From positions 22,692,001-22,756,000 of the forward strand of contig OZ241834.1 in NCBI GenBank assembly GCA_965202585.1: DNA of 64,000 nucleotides, read 5' to 3'. Position 1 is the stretch's first letter; each line of letters starts with the position of its first letter. The translations under genes and the position numbers were made by a program. Source of the stretch: Thalia democratica (taxonomy: Eukaryota). Under the pieces are notes generated by a model that worked only from the letters and a program-made list of their open reading frames with translations, ran no database searches and was not told where the DNA came from. Below, one piece after another: positions 46,311-61,300 of this stretch.

Positions 46311-48577
46311 AAACAAGCTTTACAATAATTTTTTTGAAAAGTAGCTATAAAAACAAAAACCTTGAACGACCTAATCATTTTTCTTTTTTGTGTATGTTTT
46401 GACCACTGGGTTTCAATGAGTTGAGAGTTTTCTTTGCCATCAGACACACAATTAAAGTAACTAGAACAACTTAATTAGAACAAATTCAGCATCATTTAAT
46501 AATATAATAAGAGTAACTTAATAAAAAATGTTTAATATAGTAGTTTATAACAATTATATAGTTGGGGTTCCAATAATAATTACTTTGAAAACTATTTGTG
46601 TAGTGAAGTGACTAAATAATTAATCAGTTTTTTTCTGCTCAGCTGACACCAGGATAATTGTGCACACCCTGAAGTATTTACCCCTGGTGCACTCCAGTCT
46701 TGGCATGCATCCATAATACTAGCACTTAATCTCTTACCTCCTGATGGCAGGAACTCTTCTAAAGTAGAGTTCAATATATATTTTATGTGTATTTAATGTT
46801 AGATACTTTTTTTGGATATTTTTGTCAAGGAAAATATTTAATGCTGTAAAGCTCAAAAGTCTTAATTTTTCATATAGTTTTTCCTTTAGAGTTTGATTTT
46901 AACTTTTTTTTCATGTTTTAGATCATTATAATTTTAATTATAGTTGGGTATGCAACTTCATGACCAAGAGGTCTTTTTGTGTACCCAGGTCCTTAAACCA
47001 AAAATTTTGAGCAACTTTTCTTTTTTTTTTTTGTTTTTTTGTTCATTAAACTATATCTATATATGTTGACAACTGGGTTTCAATCTTGCAACAATCAACT
47101 CAGCAAGGTTTAAAAGTCATTAGAACCCCTACACCATCATTTCACAACTTTTTTTTATAATGTAAAAAAATTAACTAGTTTTTTATAAGTATAAAATTTT
47201 TTGGAAAGTCATTACAAGTTAATATTTTTTTAACCAGCTAATACTATATTAGGCGTTTAATAGGAATAATTGAGTGTATTTTGATTCTAAATTTACTATC
47301 TATTTCTGCATATTAACAATTTTCAGGTTTCATAGTTTGGCTTGGTTTTAAACATAAACATCCAACTTAGCTTTATAGTCTGATATAACATGTACTAAGC
47401 TCTAATAAATGAGTCATAGTTAATACTGTAGTTTTATTCCAATTACTTCAATATTTATTATTTATTTAACTTTTCAAGTTTTCCGTAACAATTTCAAGTA
47501 CTATAATTTGTTTAGTTTACTGTTTACTTTTTATATACGTATACTTTTTTGAATGACAAAAAAACGCTCAAAATATTTGGTCCTAAATTCTGGTGCACGA
47601 AGAACCTTTCAGTTATCGGGTCGTTTTAAAGATATGAAGATAGTTAACAAAATAATAATAATTAAAGTAGCTTTTTTCTAAGAAATTCACATCTTTAGTT
47701 AGTATATACGTTGTTTTGTTATTAATTAATAAAAATATAGTAATTACAAAGTTTTTTTTTTCATTTGTAGCTCATTATAATTTTGATTAAGTTGAGCATG
47801 CAACTCGATGGCCAAGACCAAGAGGTCTTTTTGCGTATCCAGGTCCTTGAACCAAAAAACTTTGAGCAATTTATTGTTTTTGTTCAATAAATCACACTTA
47901 CAACATACGCAAAAATTTAAAGTTAAAAAAATAGTTTTATCACAATCAAACTTTTGTTCACATCTTAAGAACTTTTTTGATTGAGTAAATACATTCACAA
48001 GTTTAAAAAATTTCTTAATTATAAAGTTGGGCAGCTTTTACAGTTAGGTTGCAACATTTACCATACAATAAACTTTTACTGAATGTAACTGTTTTCAAAA
48101 TCTTATTTTGTCATGTGTTTTAGAAGAATGTATTTTAAATCTCTTTAAAAGCGAAACTGCAATTAAATAAACATTTTATAGATCCTGGAATTAAATAAAC
48201 ATCCTGGACAAGAAGTCAAGCTGTTTATTTTATCAAAGTAGTGAACTACTCGATAACCGAAGGTTTTTTGTAATTAGTTCTTTGGACTTAAATTTTTCAG
48301 CGCGTTTTTTTCGTCTGAATAAAAATATTTATAAGTTAAAAAATGTAAGTATGACAGCGTTAAGGGAATAAATTAAAAGTGTTATTTTCAAAAATGTTAA
48401 TTATAAAAGAGTTCATCTTACTTTTTTTGCACAAGCTGTTTTCACGTTAAAAATGTCGCAGGTCGTGCGATGACAATACTATTTAAGTCGCCATCTTTAT
48501 AATCGTAATACATATTAGTTTTAATTGATGCATATAGTTAACTTGTAAATAAATAACTGCATGGCTAATCAATAAAA

Positions 48578-48583
48578 TTTATT
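48578..48583 (-). terminator. Candidate polyadenylation signal of the poly-AbfB gene
   Basis: AATAAA on the minus strand about 210 nt after the TGA. Weak evidence in such AT-rich DNA. Confidence 0.3.
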
Positions 48584-48792
48584 AAAAGTACAGTACTGTA
48601 ATTACTGTTACAAAATTAACCAAAATGCTTTGATAAATGAAAAAAGTGAATGAACACTTTTAATTAAAAGCTGTAAGATAATAAAAACTTAAAATTTGTC
48701 AAAACTCATTGAAAAACTATATTTTATAAAAATTTAAAAACATACAAACAAAAGCGTTTTTTCTTGACACTATGAACTATAACTTTAAGATA

Positions 48793-49304
48793 TCAAATAT
48801 CATAATGTGCCTTAGATTTTTTTTCACTCTTTTTTTTGCAAGTCAAATTCACACCTCTGAATTTCTTGAGGTCTGCTGAAGACTCAATGCAAACATACAA
48901 AAGTTGGGCCACAATCGGTTCGGAAAGTCGGAAATCGGTCGTACCGTGCCCTTCGAAAACCTACAAAGTGTGAATTTTGAGTAAAAAGAAACCAAATTTA
49001 GTTTATTGAGAAGCGTGTTGATTGTTTACTGTTGCTTTTATTGATTAATTTACTATACTTTTCTAGTTTAAAACTTTCTATCAAAGTGGAAAAAAAAGAC
49101 CGATTACAGTACAAATAAAAACAATCAAACGACAACGACTAACAACTTTTTTATTGTTTTCGTCAAGCAGAGTCACCATGCTGCTCGCGTCGTTTCCGTG
49201 CTTGAGAGTGCACGAGAACTTGGTCATGCTGTTGGGGGCGAGAACAGTAAAAGTGTTCACTCGCATTTTGCTAGACAGCTTGATTTTTTCAACCCGCTGG
49301 CGCA
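48793..49304 (-). other. Degenerate discoidin / F5-8 type C-like C-terminal domain
   Basis: IKLSSKMRVNTFTV...TLKHGNDASSMVTLLDENNKKV|VFEGHGTTDFRLSEPIVAQLLYVCIES...GVNLTC resembles the FA58C pattern (IDL...I..I..Q...YS.DG..W...KVF.GN...F..PI.AR..RI...L.GC). Resemblance judged by eye only. Confidence 0.5.
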
Positions 49305-52300
49305 CTGGAAAAAAGTTGAAAAAATTAGGTTTAACTTGTTTCTTGACTGACGGAAGGATTATTTTTGATGAGGTTTTATTGAGATTGTTAAAATGTTAAA
49401 GTTTTGTTAAAGGAGTACAACTAAATTATAGTGTTTTTTGGCAATTTAGTATTTTTTTAAACTTTTTATTTTGTTTAATAAAACAATGATTTTCATTTTT
49501 AGAAAAGTTTATAAGTTTATATTGGATATTATTAGAACATAAAATAAACGTCTACAAAAACGCTCACCTGTTGTTGTTGTTGTTTCTTGAGAGATTTCTT
49601 CATCAGCTTTGGCCGAAACTAAAAAAATAATTAAGAATATTTTGATATAATTATAAACATCTTTTAAATAATGGTTTAAGCTTTAAAAACAGTGTTACTT
49701 AGTTAATATATATCAACTAATTTGAAAACTACAGGTAAAAACAATAATTTAGATAGGTTTTAGAAAACAACTTTTTATATTAAAAGGACAAGTCAAAGTT
49801 TATGAAAACTACCAAAGTTAAAGTTTATATATTCAAACTATACACTTACTTATTTTAAAACTAGTTTCGTTTTCAAACTCGGTTCCAGACCCTTTGCTAT
49901 ACTTAAGTCTGTAATTTTCGTAGCGAATAAAGAATCCAGGGTTGCTCACCGATTCGAAAGACACATAGCTCTGTTTATTTATTATAAATGTTCTGTTATG
50001 GCTTTTACAGCTTTTATAAAAGATTTTTAAAAATCAGTGATAGTATTATAATAACTAAGTTTTTCAAATTGTCCTACTGGCATTACAACCGTCACTGGTG
50101 ATTTTTTTGTCGTGATCATACACTATATGTAAAAAACTATACGCAGTGTATGGTAAAAGTTTTAAAAGTTAATAAACACTTTAAGCAACAACAACGAGCT
50201 GAAAACAAAAGATCTGTTGATTTTTAAACACAAGTTTTGCATGACAAAAATAACCTTGTTGAGCTTGTTGGCCACCACTTTGAAGCTGGCATCGTTCTCG
50301 AATTCAGTTTTGTTCACCCGCTGCCCCAACATGACGCTAAAGTAATCCGCAACCTGAAGGAAGTGGTCCGGACACTCAACCGACTCGAACGAAACTGTCG
50401 AGTCGGTTGCGACGATGCCCCTTCTAAGCTTGAACTTCTGGTTGACCCCGTCCTTGGTTTCGATGATGTAGGCATCCACGGCGTTCTTAAGACCCACGGC
50501 GTAGTTGGGAAAGCTCAGCGGCAGCACCTCGACGCTCGTATCTAGTTGTAAATTGTTCTTTTTAGATTAATCGCGTAGATAATTTGTGTAGTTTTTGAAA
50601 TTTAATGTTGTTATAAAGCTGCGATTGTTGCTTTATATTTAGTGTTAAAAGAGCTCAAAAAATAGAGTAAACAAGTATTGGCTTTATTTATTAGTATACT
50701 TAAAACTACCAAGTTTAAATATTAAAAATATATTTGCAAGTTATTAATTGGTATGGCGATCGAAAAAAAAAAACTGTTTTAAAGCTAGGCTTGTTTTTTT
50801 GAGGTTGTTTGATTCTTTATTTCAAAAAAGGAACAATTTATCTAAATAATTTTTGTAACTTGCCTGTATTTTTAAGCTTAAAAACAGTCCGGATAAATTC
50901 AAATTAATTTATTAGTAATTGTAAAAACAAAATATACTTCAGATGAAATTGGGTCATGGTTTTGAGTACAGATGTATATTATGTATTTAAAAGTAATATA
51001 ATGTTCTAATAAATATTTTTTTTATATAGTTATTATTACTAAATTAAAATTACAAGTAAAATTTGATGATAAATAAAAATATACATATTTTTAAACACTA
51101 ACCAATTTTTTTGAATAATCCCTTAACGGCGTCTTCTCCTAAAATAAATAATTAAGTTTAGTTATTAATAATTTTTACTGTTATTTTTTTAAGTAATTGC
51201 TTAAACATACAGTTACAAAAAAAGCATCTATAAACAAACTAATAAACATACCTTTCGTGATTATAAAGAATAAATTTGTTATTTTTACAAAATTAACTTT
51301 TTATACAAGTTTTTTTTTTTAATAATAACATATAAATGAAATATTCTCCATTTTAATTTTAACTGAAAAATTTGTTTAAAAGATCATTTACTAAAGTTTT
51401 TAACAGCTTTGTTTTATTTAAAAGACCAAAAACTTTAACTTTTTAAGTAGTTTAATAAATTATCGAATATTATAAGACTAAAAAATAATTTAGATAAACA
51501 TAATTACCTATTGTTGTTTCTTGGGAGGATGCGTTATCAGTTTTTGCCGAAACTATAAAACGAGTTTAATTTGAGAATACTTTTATTTATAAAATTAACT
51601 TATTTTAAAACATACTTTAAATTATTCTAACAGTGTTACTTAGTTTATTAAACAAATTAACTTATAAATTACAGCTAAAGAATTTAAATTGAAAACATCT
51701 AATAAAACAACTACTTAACTAAAACGTTCCCAAACCAAACTGTATGTAAACATTTTAAAATTATAGTTTTACTATATTGAAGTACTCTAAACAATCATCG
51801 CACAATCAGAAACTAAAACTTTTGTTTAAATAGCTGGCAAACGATATCTAAAACAAAGTTATTAAATAAACTTAAAAATATACTTATCTGGTCGACTGAA
51901 AATGTTGATATAATATTAAGAACTAAACACCATTTATTCATTGATTTGTTACAAGTATATAAATTTTAAATTTTACTGCAGCTTTTAAAATGAATTTAAT
52001 AATGAAATAGAATTTAAATTACTTTATATTATTTGCTAGTTTAAAAAATAAAAAGCTTAGTATTTTTGACAAAGGGTTAATCAGTATCAAAGTAAAATAT
52101 CTTTATAGAAAAAATAACACTGATAAATATCCAAACTTTTTAAATATACAAAAAAACTTTTCAAAAATGTGATGTGAAATTTGAGAAAACGCAAGTCCAA
52201 CAACCTTTAAAAGTAGATTTCAACACATGATGATGCGTAAAAAAATATAAGAACAGCTTAGCATAGAAATTAGACAAAACTTTTAAAATGTAAAATAAAA

Positions 52301-55300
52301 ACTATCAAAGTTTATATATTTAAAACACACACTAACTTATTTTGAAACTTGTTTCGTTTCCAAAATCAATTTTCAGTCTAAAGTTTTCGTAGCGAATAAA
52401 AAGTCCACGTTGGCTCACCGACTCAAAAGACAGATCGCCCTGTTTGTTTATTACAAACATTATGACTTTTACAACTTTTATAAAACACTTAGAAACTGGT
52501 GACAACCAACTACTTATTATCAACCGCTACTTATTACATTTTGACTTTATCATACATCACAGGTAAACATCATACGTTAGGTATGATAAAAGTTTTGAAA
52601 AACTTAAAAAGTACTTTAAGTACCAACAGTGAGTTTAAAACGAAAGCTCTGTTGATTTTCTCGAGTTGTAAAGTTTGGCGGGTGCAGCAAACACGTTTGT
52701 GACAAACAAATACCTTGTTCGTCTTGTTGACATCAACTTTGAAGCTGGCGTCCTTCTTGAACTGAACAGTGTTCTCCTCCTTCCTCATTTGGATCACGAA
52801 CCCCGCGAAATTGTCAACGACCGCCAGGAAGTTACCCGGCTTCGTAACGGACTCGAACGACACGTTGCCGGCGTCCGCGACGAGCCCCGACTTCAGCTTG
52901 AACTTCTGGTTTACCCCGTCCTTGCCGGTTTCGATGATGTAAGCGTCCACATCGTCCTGAAGACCAACGGCGTAGTTGGGAAAGTTCAGGGGCAGCATCT
53001 CGATGCTCGTATCTTTGATAATTGTTTTGTATTATTTGTTTGATGTATGGTTTATATTGTTAATTGTTATCGTTCTGCTAACTTGTCGACCGAAATAAAA
53101 TGTTATTTTAAAGCTTGCATGTTTTATTCGAGATTGTTCGATTTTTAAAATCACTGTTATTATTGTTTGTTGAAAGATAAATAAAGCGCTCATAAAGTTT
53201 GGTCCTTGGACCTGTGCACGAAAAACATTTTGGTTATCGAGTCGCAAACCACTCGGATACCTTATAACGTCTTGTCCTGGATAATATACGATTATGATGT
53301 AATTTAGAAACAATGTGTTTTATGAGTTTTTGATAAGTTGTCTGTGTTTTCTAGGCTTAATTACCGTCCAGGTTGAATTAAATTTAATTGATTTGTATCT
53401 TATAGTTCAAGTAAAGCTGGTACAAGGTTTTGAGTGTAGTTGTACATTGGATATTTAAAACTTTTTATATTATTGTAAGAATTTGTTGTTATCAACATAC
53501 TTAAATTACTAAATGCATTTAAAGGTGAAACTTACTTATTATATGATTATTTGAATTCAAACAGTTATTAGACACTAACCAATTTTTTTTAACAATTCTT
53601 CAACGGGATTTTCCTCCTTTGATCCTTCTTCTAAAAAATAAAATTGAGATATCAATAATTTTACTTTTAGTTTTAGCTAGTTTTATTTAATCCAAACGCA
53701 TTAAAAAACCAGTTACAGTTTAATTCCACACTGGTGTTTGTTATTTACGATCAAACTATTCATTCTAAACATTAAAAATCTTAATCATATTAGTTTCTCA
53801 CTCAGGATCATCTAAAGTTTTGATTTTTTAGTATTTGAATAAATCTTGTTTTTATTTAAAAAATGATACAAAATCTCTCTTACCTATACTAAAGCTAGCA
53901 TCGTTTTCGAAAACATCGTTCGACCACTTTTCAACTTTCAACCAGTAAACACATTGTCGAATGTAATATCCTGTCCAGTTGACGGATTCAAAAGCTACAA
54001 AGCCCTGTAAAAACACGAAAACAGGTCACAATGTTTTCGTCTTAATCTTACAAGAAATATGTAAGTAGACTGTTTGCAACATACATCATGAAACGCGCCC
54101 ATAACTGGCGTGAAACTTGCGCATTTTCTCCAATCTTCGTCGCTTGACTGCTTCTCCAACTTAACCCAGCAGCCCTTGGTTTGTCTTAAGAAATACCCAG
54201 GAAGTTTTTTGAACTCGAACGAAACAGTACCCAAATCTCCACAGAGACCAGCTCTCAGCTTGAAATGTTGGGAAATTCCGGTTTCGTTTGTAATTTTTCC
54301 CCATGAATCTTTGTCGACACCCATCGCATATTCCGAATGGCTTTTCGACACAAACCTCAAAACTTTATCTAAATAATTTGATTAATAACTATTTTGTTTC
54401 GCAAGTTTAATATTTTTAGTTGTAAAGTTAAAAAATTAAATGTTTTCTAAATCGTAAAATTCTTGTAAGTGTTAAAACAACTTAAACTTTGGAAATAAAA
54501 TGATAACGTTTAAATATGAGTTTGTTTTTTGCTAAAAGTTTGTTTCTAACAACTAAAAAAAGTAGCTTAGGCAAGTCTAAACATAATCGAATCTTCTTAG
54601 ATTTTATAAACTGCGTAAAATATTCCCAACATGTTTAAGTTGTTTATTTTGTTATTCGAACTATTTAAACCAGTAAATATAATTATGAATCAAAATTTTA
54701 TAATGCATTGGTTGTTAAAATTTATTTTGTTTAAACCATACCTGATCCAATGTAACTAGCATCAAATTTGGGAACTTCTTTAGCAACACCTGAAATAATT
54801 ATGTTTTAGTCGAAGTATAAGCTGTTATTTGTTATATGGTGTTAATTTTAGACCCTTCTTACTTATGCTAAAGCTGGCATCGTTTTCAAACGAATCGCTC
54901 GACCCGCTTTCTATTTTCAACCAGCGGTTAGAATGTCGGATGAAGTATCCCGACCAATTGACCGACTCAAAAGACACGAAACCCTGTTGAAATCATAAAG
55001 TAATACGAAACTTACACTTTCTTAGCATTATAAAATCTTATAAACTGTTAGCAACGTACATCATGAAACTTGTTCATAACCGGCTTGAAACTCGCGTCTT
55101 TCTTGAAATTTTCATTGTTTTCCTCCTTCTTTAATTTTACCCAGTAATCTTTGGTCTGCTTCAAGAAATATCCAGGCGATTTGACGGACTCAAACGAAAT
55201 GGTGTCCGCAAGTCCGCAGAGGCCGCGCGTGACTTTGAAATGTTGAAAGATGCCGGTTTTGTTTGTAATCATTCCTCGTAATTGACTCGTAATGCCCATT

Positions 55301-58300
55301 GCGTAGGTCGGGTAGTTTTTCGAGACGAACCTCAAAGCTGTACCTGAAAAATTTAAATGTTAAGCGCTTTGATATTCAGTATTACAATATTTACAAGGTT
55401 TTTACAAAAGGTAATTTAGATCTTTTTCTTAAACTTAGTTTCGGCCGGAGCTTTTTTTTTAATGAAATACAACTGGATCCAGATCCTGTAACTCTTTTTA
55501 ATCGTAATCCCTTTGGAACTGGATCCAGATAATTTAAATCTTTCGAAAATATTAATTTCAAATGTCATTTTTTAATTTATTACCTAAAATTTAAATGTGG
55601 AGCTTTTATAGTCTAGGGGCAAGACTTATCAGAAAAGTCAATCGTTATCCAGGCATATCAAAAAACAAGTCTTATTGACCGAAGCAATTTTATAAAATTT
55701 TACAATATATGTTTTTTTAATCTTCTAAACCAAATATGTATTAAAATAAAAGTCGAATAGCATTAATGTAGACGAATAGTTAAGTTGAAAGCATATTTGA
55801 AAGAGCTTGTCATTGAAATGTTAAGTTTTAGCTCTCTCAGTCAAGTTTTTTTAAGCTAAAATTGTTTTTTTGCTAGAAGGATCGGGACAGACTCTCGGAC
55901 CGTAAAAAGCTCGTTCCTGACCTATGATATTTTCTGACTTTAATGGCTATAAATGAAAAAAAAGCTTAAACTTTAAGTGTTTTAGTTTTAAATTTAACCA
56001 ATTTTGTTTCAAAGAACAGAAGTTGACAACATACAGGTAGTAGGTTGGATCCGTCTTGCGACTAAATTTTTAATTATAAAGTTTGTACTAAACAAAGAAA
56101 CTAAAAATTGCTCGAAAAAAAAAACTTAACAAATCAAAATGAAAGCGTATGGTTGTAGTTCATGTTTATTTTTGTTACAATTTTGAGCTTAGCTAAGTCA
56201 AATAACTGTTTTTAAGTATAGCTTGACGAAATTAAAAGTTGCCTGCGAAAGTCTTAGTCGAAAAAATTTGGTCAATTGTGTAAAATATCCTACCACACAA
56301 GCCATCCAGCAAAATGTTTTGCTCAACTGTTTTATTATTGAAAAGTAGTAAAAAATTAAAATTTTCTACAACTCAGAAATAAATAAAATTAAAATTAACT
56401 CTTTTCATAAAAGATATTTATAACTTCTAAATCAAAGAGAAAACGATTGTAAGTATTAATAAACATACAATTTATATCGAGTCAAACTCTTAAATGTATC
56501 TAATACTGTGGAGTTCCTTATGCTGGATGGTTTACTTGTATCATCCCAAAAAGCTATTTTAAAGCATAGTGCGCATTTTTGTAAAATACTGATGTTTTGC
56601 TCACACGAATATAACTATTGCTTATTTCGACTAGTTGCACCCGGTTCCGGCCTAAATGCTGGACTAAATTTTAAATAAAAATCCAGCTGGATCCGACTAC
56701 TTTTAAGAAACCAGAATATTGGCGTTACGAGAACCTCGAAGTGTGGTAGATCACACTTTAAGCGAGTCTAGAGTTTGTTTTCATTTCTTAAAAGGTTAAT
56801 TTGCTTAAACTTTATTTTTTCTACTATCAGATTTATACGAGTGTTTTCAAAAAAGTTGTTGTTAAGCTTAACACATCAGTTAATAAAGTAAATTCGAAAA
56901 AAAACACACCTGATGTAATGTAACTATCATCGAATTTCGGAATTTCTTCAGCAGCAGCTAAAATAATTAAATAAAAAATTAACAATATTAAATAAACAAT
57001 AGCATTAACAAATGTATTAAAGCAAGTGCAAAGCGTGTTTATGCAAAATCCTCATCTTAGACATTTCTTACTTATACTGAAGCTCGTGTCGTCTTCGAAC
57101 AAGTCGCCCGACCCCTTTTCAACTTTCAACCTGTAATCGCCGTGTCGAAGGAAGTATCCCGACGAGCTGACCGATTCAAAAGACGCGAAGCCCTGTTGGA
57201 AGGTAGCGTGAACAAAAAAACGCTTAAAGTTTATCTCAAGCTACAAAAGCAACGCACGTCGTGGAACAAGCCCATGACCGGCCTGAAGCTGGCACCGCTT
57301 TTGTACTTCTCGCTCGGTCTCCGTTCCGTCAACTTCACGTAGCTGTCTTTGCACTGCTTCAGGAAGTGTCCCGGCGACTCGATCGACTCGAACGAAACGG
57401 TTCCCGCCATCCCGCACAGGCCGCCCACCAGCTTGAAGCGCCGGAGCGCGCCCGTTTTGTTTGTTATGTTCGCAAATCGGCAGTCATCGACGCCAATCGC
57501 GTAGTCCGGGTGGGTTTTCGGCACAAAAGTCAAAGCTTTGCCTGAAACGTATGAACAAATGATAATTTGTTTTGCCAAGGGTTGATGTGTTCTAAATACT
57601 TACGTTAAAAGTATTGTAACGTTGAAAAACACTATTTCTGTAGTTTTGCTCACTTTTAACTAGTACTTTAAAAAAATTAAAACAAGTTTAAAGGTTGTTA
57701 GTTCTTTAAATAACTTAAACTGTATGTGCAAATTACACTCGTCTTAACTATATTTTTCTAATAATGAGTTTGTTTAACCTAAGTTTTATGAAAGTTTTCT
57801 AAAGTTCAATACGTCAATAATAAAACTTGATGCAATTTAAATTGTCACTTAACCAGTCGGTTGGTTTTTAAACTTACCTTCTGTGATGTAACTGTCATCA
57901 AACTTGGGAGCTTCTTCAGCAGTACCTAGAAAATTTTTAAATATTTTAGTGGTAATTAAAACTTTGTTTATGTTTTAAGCTTTATTTTATTTTCTTACTT
58001 ATACTAAAGCTGGCATTATCTTTGAACGAGGCGCTCGACCCCCATTCTATTTTCAACCAGTAGTTAGAATGGCGAATGAAGTATCCTGGCCATCTGACCG
58101 ACTCAAAAGACACGAAACCCTGCGTAAGAAGATGATAAAAACAGTTGAACATCATGATTATCATCAAAACATGCTTTGAAGTTATGAATTATATTACTGT
58201 TGTTATGCTTATTTAGCGTCAAAAAAAAAACGTTTAAAATATTTGGTTATTGGACCTGGCGGACTAAAATCTTTTAGTTATCGAGACGTGACAAATCGAA

Positions 58301-61300
58301 TACTTTTTAACATAAAAACTAGGACAATTAGTATAAGTAATTAATATAAGTCCAGGACAGTTAGCATATGTTATTAAGATAAGTTATTAATATAAGTCCA
58401 GAACAATTGATATAAGTAATTGATATAAGTCCAGGAAAATTGATACAAGTAATTAATATAAGTTAAATTGATATGAGCAACGTACTCCGTGAAACTTGTT
58501 CATGACCGGGTGAAAGCTGGCGTCCTTCTTGCCTTCCTCATCCTTGATTTCCTCCAGCACCAGCCAGCTGTTCTTCGTCTGCCTCAGGAAACGTCCCGGC
58601 CACTTCACCGACTCCAGCGAAACGGAGTCCGCGTCCTTGCAGAGGCTGGCACTCACCTTGAAGTGCTGGAAGATTCCGGTGCGCTTCGTGATCTTTCCCC
58701 AGTTGCAGCCGTCGACGCCCATCGCGTAGTCCGGGTAGTCTTTAGACACGAACCTCAGTGTCTTGCCTGGAGCGTTTGAACAATAAATATTTGATCATCG
58801 TTTGAGATTTTATCGTTGGTTTTTGCGAAAGAATAACATATTTTTAGTTGCTAAGATGTTATGGATTAAATTTTTTTTTTGAATGTTTGAAAATCGATGT
58901 TGCTGTTGCTTATCTTTGTTAGTAGCGGCAAATTTTACATGAAACAAGTAAATATGTCGTTGATCGTTCTTAAAATATGAACTTAAAACGTATACAAAAA
59001 TTTATGATTTGTTTAAACATATTATTTGATTATTTTTAATTTTTAAGTTAATTTTTTATACGTATTCAAAAAAAAAAACAAGATACATTTGTAGGTGTAA
59101 CTTATTTATAGTAAGATTTTAATAACCAGCATATTTGTTGAATACTAACCGAGATGGCTGTAAAATTCACTAAGGGGTTCGGCTTCTCCTGCAATTAAAC
59201 AATTTAGTTTACGTATCAAAGATATTTTACTATTAGTTAATTTTTTCTTTTAAATCAAAACATTTATACAAACAAATTACAGCTCGTCTTTCATATAAAG
59301 GTTGTATTAATTATCTCCAACCTATTACGAATTTTGAAAACACGCTAAACCTAAATGACGTTAACTCACTTATTATAAAGCTTGAATGATCTTCGAAATC
59401 TTTTCCGTTTCCTTCTTTTAGCTTCAAACGGAAGTCCCCGTGACAAATAAAGTGATCTGCATAGTTAACCGATTCAAAACGAACGCGCCCCTGCAAATTT
59501 TGGTTGAAAATTTAACAAGCTAAACCAAACTTCAAACTGGGGGCAGAAAAATTTTCTGAAGTACGGCTTTGAGCGCCGTGACGCTTTTTTAAGTTATGGT
59601 ATAAAACAAAGAAAAGGCTCTTTCAGACCGAAGCAGTGATGCAATGACCGTTTTATAAAAACTGCTCAGTATATTGCAAACCAAGTCTAGAGCACGTTTC
59701 AAAATATTCTTTGTTAAGTTCTTTACTTTACTTGCTTTGCATATTAGTTTTTAAAATAAAAATACCTTTGTTGATAAAATAAAATTAATGTTGGTCGGAC
59801 CCGTACGCTGTCAAGCCCCTGCTCTGCACTTTTTTAAACCGTTACAAAAGCATAAAGGCTTCGTTTATAAACTCACAGGAATGATAATCATAAAGCGAAG
59901 AGTGGTTTAAAAGCTGAAAAATTAGTTTCTAAAGCTTTAGAAGCCTGAAAACAAATGCTGGGCGGACCGGATCCAGCTAGGGACCCTCGTTTAATTTCGT
60001 CATACTTTTATTAACACTACCGTTACAAATGCAACGAACCGTCTTAGTTCTGCTCGGGTAGAAGCTGACGTTCTGCTTGAACAAGTTCGTGCCGTCGTCT
60101 TGCGCCGACCAGAGCACGAAGTCGCCGTGCTTCAGAAAAGTCCCCGCATTGTTGGCAGACTCGAAGGAAACGGTGCCCGGAAGGCCGCAAACTCCGCGCA
60201 CCAGCTTGAACTTTTGGTTCTGGTCGCCGTTGTTTTTCATGATGTAGGCCTCGTTGTTCTTGACGCCGAACACGTGGTCGGGAAAGTTGTAAGACGCGAA
60301 CCTCCAGTACTTATCTGCAGTTTTTGTTTGAGTTTATTTGGTAAAAAAAATCATTGTTCTGTCGCAACAATTTTACAAGTTTTTTTTGAACACTCCACCT
60401 CTGTGTTTAACAGTGAGTATATAACTAGTTTTCAGCAAGTGATTTAATATTTTTTTAATTAAAAAATAAAAAGTTAGTATGTAAATAACTTATTCGTTGT
60501 TTTAATTGGTTAAGTATTTGTAACTTTAGTAAGACTGAGACAAAAATCAGTTATAAAACAAGGTTTCAATTATTGTGTTTTATACTATCTTAAAACTTAA
60601 TTGAACGAAAAACAGTAGTTGACAATCTGTTTTGTTAAAACAGTAATTACTTTTAATTTTTTAAATAGCATCTTCGTAGTCAGTTCTTTAGTAAATTGAA
60701 TGCGTTTTTAAAAACAGCAACATTTGTTGTTACAACATTAATTCGTAAGTAGGTATATTTTTAAAGTCAACATATTTGTTTGACACTAACCTATTTTGGC
60801 ATAAAATCCTTCGAGGGGATTATTTTCTCCTGCAATTAAAAATAATTAATTTGTTTATTGATAATTGTTACTGTTACTTTTAATTAAATTTTAGATAATC
60901 TGAAAGCTTTCAAAAACTGTATACAGTTAAAATTTAAAACAGACGGTGTTTGTTTTTGTATTTATATAGTATTACCTCGAAATGCAACAAAATATATTTA
61001 GCTTTCAATAGTATTTACTGTTAGTTTTAAGTTTTTTTTAGATAACCCAAACATTTTCAAAACTACCTCTTTCATTTATTTGTTAAAAAAGTGTTATGTA
61101 CATTTTTTTGTTTTAAATATTTATTCGAAATACTGCAAGTTGTTTATGTCAAACTCCTCCCACTTATTTTGAAGCTGCAGTGGGCCATGAAGTCGTCTCC
61201 CGACCCGACCTTGAGCTTCAGCCTAAAGTCCTCGTGGCAAATGAAGAGACCGGATTCCGTGTACGACTCGAAAGTGACGCACCCCTGAAAACAAAACAAA

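Noticed and set aside
46592-47998. ORFs 46592-46774 and 47744-47998 and a roughly 70-bp duplicate at about 46960 and 47815
   Set aside because: No recognisable family and no consistent splice structure; probably repeat debris.
55455-59985. Scattered GGATCC-containing GC patches in introns of the AbfB gene (about 55470, 56045, 56690, 59965)
   Set aside because: They may be fragments of a small repeat family, but I could not define termini or TSDs.
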